DNA from: an uncultured Gammaproteobacteria bacterium
GTDB taxonomy: Bacteria > Patescibacteriota > Patescibacteriia > UBA2591 > UBA6264
Direction of reading: 5' to 3'
DNA length: 64,000 bases
Assembly (NCBI GenBank): GCA_964596735.1
Contig: CAZQVF010000003.1
Span: forward strand, 42,611 to 106,610
The position numbers were made by a program, and so were the translations under genes. This document shows, one piece after another, positions 58,294-64,000 of this stretch (the first letter of the stretch is position 1; every line of letters starts with the position of its first letter). Below the pieces are notes generated by a model, which did no database searches, had not been told where the DNA came from, and saw only the letters and a list, made by a program, of their open reading frames with translations.

Positions 58294-58368
58294 CGCGGGG
58301 TAGAGCAATGGCAGCTCGCCAGGCCCATAACCTGGAGGTTGTAGGTTCGAATCCTACCCCCGCAACCA
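58294..58368 (+). tRNA. Initiator-type tRNA-fMet(CAT)
   Basis: C1:A72 mismatch, A11:U24, CAT anticodon, encoded CCA. Confidence 0.9.
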
Positions 58369-58369
58369 T

Positions 58370-58441
58370 GGCAGGATAGCTCAGTGGTAGAGCAGTGGAC
58401 TCATAAGCCACGTGTCGCGGGTTCAATTCCCGCTCCTGCTA
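58370..58441 (+). tRNA. tRNA with CAT anticodon (elongator Met or Ile2)
   Basis: GGCAGGA/TCCTGCT acceptor, CT-CAT-AA loop, GGTTCAATTCC. Confidence 0.88.
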
Positions 58442-58501
58442 TTTATAAGACAAAAACTAGATGATAACCATCTAGTTTTGTTGTTATATATATTTATTAT
58501 T

Positions 58502-59425
58502 TTAACTTCTCTCTTCTCTTTTTACCAAATCATTCCAACGTCTATCAACTTCTGATTGCAAACTATCTAGAATATTTTTATTTTTTGTTTTTAATAAATG
58601 CCTAAACCTACCTTGGCTCTTTATAAATTCCTTGATTGGCAATTTCTTTGAAGGTTTATAATTCAATTTGTATTTTCCGTCTTCTATTTCATACAAAGGC
58701 CAAAAACAGGTTTCTGTTGCTAATTCAGCTATTTCAATAGTTAAAGAGGAATCATATTTCCAACCAACTACACAAGGAGATAAAACGTTTAAAAAGGTTG
58801 GTCCATTGGTCTCTATGGCCTTTTTTGTTTTTTGGTGTAAATCTACCCAATTGTGAACCCCGGCTTGGGCTAAATAAGGTAATTCGTGAGCTTCGGCAAT
58901 TTTCATAATATTCTTTCTTGATTTTAGTTTCCCTTTATAAACCTTTCCCAAAGGCGTAGTGGTTGTTAAGGCCCCCAAGGGAGTAGCTGAAGAACGTTGA
59001 TTTCCAGTGTTTTGATAGGCCTCATTGTCATAACAGACATATAAAAAATTATCTCTTCTTTCCCATGAGCCTGACAGAGACTGCAAACCAATGTCATAGG
59101 TTGAACCATCTCCTCCAAAAACAATAAATTTAATATCCTCTTTAATCTTCTTTTTCCTTTTTAATTGTTCATAAACAGCAATAACCCCACTCATGGTTGG
59201 CGGAGCATTTTCAAAGAGACTATGAATCCAAGGTACCTTCCATGAACTTTGAGGATAAAGCGTAGTTGTTACCTCTAAACAACTAGTGGCATTGGCAATA
59301 ACAACCGGTTTGTCTGTAGCCCTTAAGACAGAACGAACAATGATGGGCATGGCACACCCCTGACAACTGCGATGACCCGGAGCTAAACGTTCTGGTTTTT
59401 TTAATAATTGTCTAAGTGTTTCCAT
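58502..59425 (-). CDS. porB: Pyruvate:ferredoxin oxidoreductase beta subunit
   Basis: GHRSCQGC, ATSCLEV, GGDGSTYDIG, YDNEAYQNTGNQRS, SPCVVGW. Confidence 0.9.
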   Translation of the reverse strand: METLRQLLKKPERLAPGHRSCQGCAMPIIVRSVLRATDKPVVIANATSCLEVTTTLYPQSSWKVPWIHSLFENAPPTMSGVIAVYEQLKRKKKIKEDIKFIVFGGDGSTYDIGLQSLSGSWERRDNFLYVCYDNEAYQNTGNQRSSATPLGALTTTTPLGKVYKGKLKSRKNIMKIAEAHELPYLAQAGVHNWVDLHQKTKKAIETNGPTFLNVLSPCVVGWKYDSSLTIEIAELATETCFWPLYEIEDGKYKLNYKPSKKLPIKEFIKSQGRFRHLLKTKNKNILDSLQSEVDRRWNDLVKREERS

Positions 59426-59945
59426 ATTTAAAATATTTTAAAATAAAATTAATTAAAACAATACTAATCAGGGCTGTTAAAATTCCCCCTAAAATGTCTG
59501 TTGGATAATGAACACCAGCAAAAACTCGAGCAAGTCCAACAATCAAAGCTGGGAATAATAAAATTATACCAAATTTTTTCCAATCAAGCAAAACCATAAA
59601 AGCAAAAACAAAAACTGTGGCTGTATGATAAGACGGAAAAGAAAAATCGGTTGGTTTAGCAAATAGCTTAGCTAACTGATAAATTTCATTATTATTAACA
59701 AAAGGCCTGGGCCGAGCAATAATTAAACTAATTAAATAGTTTAAGGCATAAACCAAGGCTAGGGCTAAAATAATTTTTAAAATAATTGATAATATTTTTT
59801 TTCTGTCTTTAGAAAAAAAGTAAACAAGGATAATAATTAAGGGAATAGCAAAAATTAAATATTCAGCACAAATAAGACCTAAAATGTCTAGCCATTCCCA
59901 TTGTCCAGCAAAACCATTAAACCATTTAATAAATACCTGATCCAT
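59412..59945 (-). CDS. PAP2 phosphatase (undecaprenyl-diphosphatase BcrC-like)
   Basis: RPRPF, SFPSYH, ARVFAGVHYPTDI. Confidence 0.88.
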   Translation of the reverse strand: MDQVFIKWFNGFAGQWEWLDILGLICAEYLIFAIPLIIILVYFFSKDRKKILSIILKIILALALVYALNYLISLIIARPRPFVNNNEIYQLAKLFAKPTDFSFPSYHTATVFVFAFMVLLDWKKFGIILLFPALIVGLARVFAGVHYPTDILGGILTALISIVLINFILKYFKYGNT

Positions 59946-60361
59946 TATTCTCCTATTATTTTAATTGTTATTTTCCTTTGCCGGGGCCGATTATCAAAAT
60001 CACAAACCACAATTTGTTGCCAGGTGCCCAAAACCAATTTATTACTATCAATGGATAAAGAAATTGAGGGGCCAATTAAACTAGCCCTAATATGAGAAAA
60101 TCCATTGTCATCTCCCCAAGTAGCATCATGGTGATATTTTTTATCTTGAGGAATTAGTTTTTCAATAAATTCTTGCCAATCTTTAATTAAATTTGGCTCA
60201 TATTCAATGGCCGTAATTCCCGCCGTTGAACCCTGAACAAAAACCAAACAAATTCCCTGTTTTATCTTTGCCTTATTCAGAGCCTTCTCTATCTGATCAG
60301 TAATATTAATGACATCATTAAATCCCTTGGTTGATAAATTGAACTCGCTTTGATAAATCAT
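59945..60361 (-). CDS. yjbQ: YjbQ/UPF0047 family protein
   Basis: GSTAGI..IEYEP, NGFSHIRASLIG, LGTWQQI..CDFD. Confidence 0.9.
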   Translation of the reverse strand: MIYQSEFNLSTKGFNDVINITDQIEKALNKAKIKQGICLVFVQGSTAGITAIEYEPNLIKDWQEFIEKLIPQDKKYHHDATWGDDNGFSHIRASLIGPSISLSIDSNKLVLGTWQQIVVCDFDNRPRQRKITIKIIGE

Positions 60362-60375
60362 TGTTATTTTTTAAT

Positions 60376-60789
60376 TTATTCTTTTCCTATACTCTCCTCC
60401 TTAGAAAAAAATTGATCCCACCAAGCTTTAAAATTAGAAATCTTTTTACCAAAATACTTTAAATCTGATTCTTTTTCTTGCTCCAGATTATCAGAAGGAA
60501 CAATAACAATCATTCTTTCGCCTGGTTTACGCAAACCCATTTTTTCCCGGGCTGCCTTTTCTTTGAAAAAATCTGTTTGTATTTTTTCTAATTCATTTAA
60601 AAGTCTTTGGTTTTCTGTTTCTAGAGTAATAGCTTGATTTTGTAGGTGGGCTAATTCCCCCCTTAAATGAATTTGACGATTAATTTCCCGGCCCAAAGAC
60701 ACAAGAGTAAAAAGTAAAAGTAGGGCCAATAAATATGATAAAGGCTTGGATGAAAGAATTTTTTTAAAAATTGAATTTTTTTTAATCAT
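60376..60789 (-). CDS. Septum formation initiator (FtsB/DivIC family)
   Basis: TM, coiled coil, EKAAREKMGLRKPGE. Confidence 0.82.
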   Translation of the reverse strand: MIKKNSIFKKILSSKPLSYLLALLLLFTLVSLGREINRQIHLRGELAHLQNQAITLETENQRLLNELEKIQTDFFKEKAAREKMGLRKPGERMIVIVPSDNLEQEKESDLKYFGKKISNFKAWWDQFFSKEESIGKE

Positions 60790-60790
60790 T

Positions 60791-62617
60791 TTATCTTTTC
60801 ATAATAGCTAAATAAGCTTCGGACGGAATATTAACCTTGCCCAACTTCATCATTTTTTTCTTTCCCTTTTTTTGTTTTTCTAAAAGTTTTCTTTTTCTTG
60901 TCACATCACCTCCATATAACTTTGCCGTCACGTCTTTTCTCATCGGAGCGACTCTTTCTGCGGCAATAATTTTTCCACCAATAGCTGCCTGAACTTTTAC
61001 TTCAAACATCTGACGTGGTAAAATATGTTTTAAGGCTTGAACAATCTTTCTTCCTGACGGATAAGACCAATCTTTGTAAACCAAAGTGGCTAATTGTTCA
61101 ACTTTCTCGCCAGCAACTAAAATATCTAATTTAACTATCTCTGCTGGATAATATTTCAAAAATTGATAGCTATATGAGGCATATCCTCGACTAACGCTTT
61201 TTAGTTTATCATAAAAATCAACCAAAAGCAAAGCAAGTGGTATTTCACAATGAATAATTACTCTAGTTTGTGAATTTGAAGTTTCTTCTCCCATATATTC
61301 TAAAGAAACAAAATTAGTCCTTGGTTTAGCCCCTTGTGGAGCAGCATTTAACAAGTCCATCACTGCTCCTAAGTATTCTTGAGGAGTAATAATGTCTAAT
61401 TTCATTAAAGGTTCTTCAACTCTAGTTATTTGGCTAGGGTCTGGAAATTCGCTTGGTGAGTGAATAATTTTTACTTCTTTCTCCCCCTTTGTCCAGATCT
61501 GGTGAGCGACACTAGGTGAAGTAATAACCAAATCTAAATCATATTCTCTTTTTAATCTTTCTTGAACAATATCTAAATGTAAAAGGCCTAAAAACCCAGC
61601 GCGAAAACCAAAGCCTAAAGCCATAGAATGTTCTGGCTCAAAAACTAAACTGGCGTCATTTAGCTTTAACTTGATCAAAGCTTGGCGTAATTTTTGTGGC
61701 TGTCCTCCTTGTTTTAAATAAAGATCAGCAAAAACCATTGACTGTGGTTCTTGATAACCAGGTAAATGTTTAACCTCTTGACCAACTAATGCAATAGTGT
61801 CACCGACTCGACATTTTTCAATATCTTTTAAACCAGTAATGATATAGCCTATTTGTCCAACGTTTAAATTTTTTTGTTCTTTAAAATCTGGATTAAAAAT
61901 GCCTACCTCTAAAACTGATGTTTCTATATTGGTGGCCAAGAAATTAATTTTCTGACCCGCTTTTAATGAACCATTAAAAATGCGAACAAAAGCAATCACT
62001 CCTTTGTAGTCATCAAAACATGAATCAAAAACCAATGCTTGTAATGGTTGGTTAGAATCGTTCTTGGGAGCAGGAATTTTCTCAATAATGGCTGGTAAAA
62101 TTGTTTCTACATTAGTTCCTCTTTTTGCTGAAACACAAATAATTTCCTCTGATTTAACTTTTAATAAATTAATCATTTCTTTTTTAACGTTTTCTAAATC
62201 AATGCCTGACAAATCAATCTTATTAATCACGGGAATAATCTCTAGTCCTTGTTCTTGTGCTAAATAAAGGTTGGCCAATGTTTGGGCTTGAATGCCTTGA
62301 CTGGCATCAACTAAAAGAAGAGCTCCTTCTACGGCGGCTAAAGAGCGGGAAACTTCATAGGAAAAATCAACATGACCTGGAGTGTCAATTAAATTTAAAA
62401 TATATTTCTGATCATTTAAAGTATAGTGCATGGTCACTGATTGGAGTTTAATGGTAATCCCCCTCTCTCTTTCTAATGGTAAACGATCAAGGTATTGTGG
62501 CTGCATTTTTTCTTTAGTAATAGTCTTGGTCAATTCTAAAAAACGATCAGCTAGGGTTGATTTCCCGTGATCAATGTGAGAAATAATGCAAAAATTTCTA
62601 ATATTTGAATTTGACAT
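60791..62617 (-). CDS. lepA: Elongation factor 4
   Basis: IRNFCIISHIDHGKSTLADR, RKDVTAKLYGGDVTRKRKLLEKQK. Confidence 0.97.
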   Translation of the reverse strand: MSNSNIRNFCIISHIDHGKSTLADRFLELTKTITKEKMQPQYLDRLPLERERGITIKLQSVTMHYTLNDQKYILNLIDTPGHVDFSYEVSRSLAAVEGALLLVDASQGIQAQTLANLYLAQEQGLEIIPVINKIDLSGIDLENVKKEMINLLKVKSEEIICVSAKRGTNVETILPAIIEKIPAPKNDSNQPLQALVFDSCFDDYKGVIAFVRIFNGSLKAGQKINFLATNIETSVLEVGIFNPDFKEQKNLNVGQIGYIITGLKDIEKCRVGDTIALVGQEVKHLPGYQEPQSMVFADLYLKQGGQPQKLRQALIKLKLNDASLVFEPEHSMALGFGFRAGFLGLLHLDIVQERLKREYDLDLVITSPSVAHQIWTKGEKEVKIIHSPSEFPDPSQITRVEEPLMKLDIITPQEYLGAVMDLLNAAPQGAKPRTNFVSLEYMGEETSNSQTRVIIHCEIPLALLLVDFYDKLKSVSRGYASYSYQFLKYYPAEIVKLDILVAGEKVEQLATLVYKDWSYPSGRKIVQALKHILPRQMFEVKVQAAIGGKIIAAERVAPMRKDVTAKLYGGDVTRKRKLLEKQKKGKKKMMKLGKVNIPSEAYLAIMKR

Positions 62618-62726
62618 ATTTGTTTAAATGTTATGCTATTTTAATACTAATGTCAATTTTAAAAAGAACAGTCTTCTACGCTGTCCCCTGGTGTTGTTCG
62701 AATAAAAAATTTTAGACTAATCTTTT

Positions 62727-64000
62727 TTAATTTATCACTTTTTTAATAAATCGCAATACCTTTTTGTTTTTAACCCTTTTTATAACATATTGTGTAATAA
62801 CCTCTACCTCGTCAAATTTAAAAGCTAAAGTAGTAACAACATAGAAGAGTAGGCCACCTAAAACTGCGGTAAATGTTTGAATAAACACCCCGATAAAAGT
62901 TTGCATATTAACTAAGGGTCCGATTAAATATTTAATTCCCTGTATAATTACGGCCATAGCTATGGACAAACTAACAATCCTTAGAATAGAAAAAATGATT
63001 TCTTTACTCGGTAAAGGATATATTTTTTTATCAAAATAAATATAGAGCAGGCCAAAATTAACTATAGAAGCCAAAGAAAAAGCCAAAGCTAAGCCACTCA
63101 CACCAATTAAATTTCCTAGAATTAAACAACCAATAATATTAATTATAAAAGCAAAAACAGCGATTTTTACTGGTGTCTTTGTATTTTGAACAGCATAAAA
63201 AGCTCTGGCAAAAACTGGAATTAAACTTTGAGCAAAAAGAGAGATAGAAAACCAACCCAATGTCTGAGCAGTCAAAACAGTATCACGCCAGGAAAAAACC
63301 CCGGCTCCTAAAACTAAACGAACAATCTGAGCCCTAAGAGCAAGCAATAAAACAGTAGTGGGAACAATAAAATAAAGGATGCGGCGAACTGTCTTAGAAA
63401 AATATTGAACAAAAGATTTTTTATCCCCTTCGGCAAAATTTTGACTAAGTAAAGGAAAAATAGAGATGGCCAATGAAATACCAAAAATACTTACTGGAAA
63501 ATTAACCAAATTAAAAGCCAAATTATAGATGGCCACCGCCCCAATTGTAATTCCAGAGGCAATTAAAGTGGTGACGATGAAATTAAATTGAGAAATAGCC
63601 AATCCAAAACAACGAGGTAACATTAAAACACTGATTTTTTTAATTGCCGGATGTTTAAAATTGAAAATTGGCTGCCAACGGTAACCAGTTCTTTTTAAGG
63701 CAGGTAGCTGAATTAAAAAATGAAGTAAGGCCCCTAAGGCTACGCCCCATCCTAATCCAGCATAACTCAAACTGGTTTTCGGAACTAAAACTAAAATGCC
63801 AAAAATAATACCCAAGTTATACATAATCGGAGCCAGGCTATAAGCTAAAAATCTTCTAAAAGAATTTAAAACACTACCGGCCACATTACTTAAAGTAAAA
63901 AACAATGTACCTAAAAGCATAATCCTGGTCAAAGTGACAGTAAGTGCCTTTGTCTCCATATTAAATCCCGGGACCATGTAATTAACAATTATTGGTGCTA
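62727..64000 (-). CDS. murJ: Lipid II flippase MurJ (5' end outside window)
   Basis: YSLAPIMYNLGII, FPVSIFGISL, RAFYAVQNTKTPV. Confidence 0.92.
   Translation of the reverse strand, partial: APIIVNYMVPGFNMETKALTVTLTRIMLLGTLFFTLSNVAGSVLNSFRRFLAYSLAPIMYNLGIIFGILVLVPKTSLSYAGLGWGVALGALLHFLIQLPALKRTGYRWQPIFNFKHPAIKKISVLMLPRCFGLAISQFNFIVTTLIASGITIGAVAIYNLAFNLVNFPVSIFGISLAISIFPLLSQNFAEGDKKSFVQYFSKTVRRILYFIVPTTVLLLALRAQIVRLVLGAGVFSWRDTVLTAQTLGWFSISLFAQSLIPVFARAFYAVQNTKTPVKIAVFAFIINIIGCLILGNLIGVSGLALAFSLASIVNFGLLYIYFDKKIYPLPSKEIIFSILRIVSLSIAMAVIIQGIKYLIGPLVNMQTFIGVFIQTFTAVLGGLLFYVVTTLAFKFDEVEVITQYVIKRVKNKKVLRFIKKVIN

Noticed and set aside
39619-58426. Track ORFs 39619..39822, 57204..57401, 57454..57696 and 58214..58426
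   Set aside because: They overlap tRNA genes or terminators and lack coding features.
6522-62451. Numerous 60-130 aa ORFs antisense to or nested in known genes
   Set aside because: Shadow frames of well-supported genes with no independent signals.
3801-64000. Second VR or remote DGR target
   Set aside because: No other ORF end resembles the TR translation by eye; not exhaustively searched.
1-64000. TGA recoding (genetic code 25)
   Set aside because: Long conserved genes are uninterrupted in code 11, and TGA ends the RT, the DGR target and dprA at expected positions.

Overview
This is AT-rich bacterial DNA in genetic code 11. The compact gene set, the scarcity of SD-led housekeeping genes and the island style suggest a Patescibacteria/Parcubacteria (CPR) genome; that assignment is an inference. 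(1) There is a complete diversity-generating retroelement (DGR) at ~1-3.8 kb. It has a target gene with a C-terminal VR (1720-1836), a TR (2233-2349; 13 of 14 mismatches at TR adenines) behind its own promoter and a structured leader, and an avd gene that is inverted and abuts the RT gene start-to-start (CAT|ATG). (2) A housekeeping block follows: HIT, GT2, ADP-forming acetyl-CoA synthetase alpha/beta, PfkB, pheT/pheS, a UvrD-nuclease carrying an intein with a GIY-YIG-like core, tatD, cdd and a CNNM protein. (3) A ~16-19 kb island ends at the 3' end of tRNA-Gln. It carries att-like repeats, structured non-coding elements, several nucleases, a LexA-DNA methyltransferase fusion facing a TaqI-like endonuclease, and a ParB-MTase/HTH/terminase/serine recombinase module with no capsid genes. 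(4) The right part holds a glycan cluster, rpsI, hrcA-grpE-hsp20-dnaK with a perfect CIRCE, murG/dprA/topA, porB, lepA and murJ. Three tandem small-peptide transcription units lie between tRNA-Leu and two CAT tRNAs. All calls come from motif recognition and hand alignment; no database searches were run.
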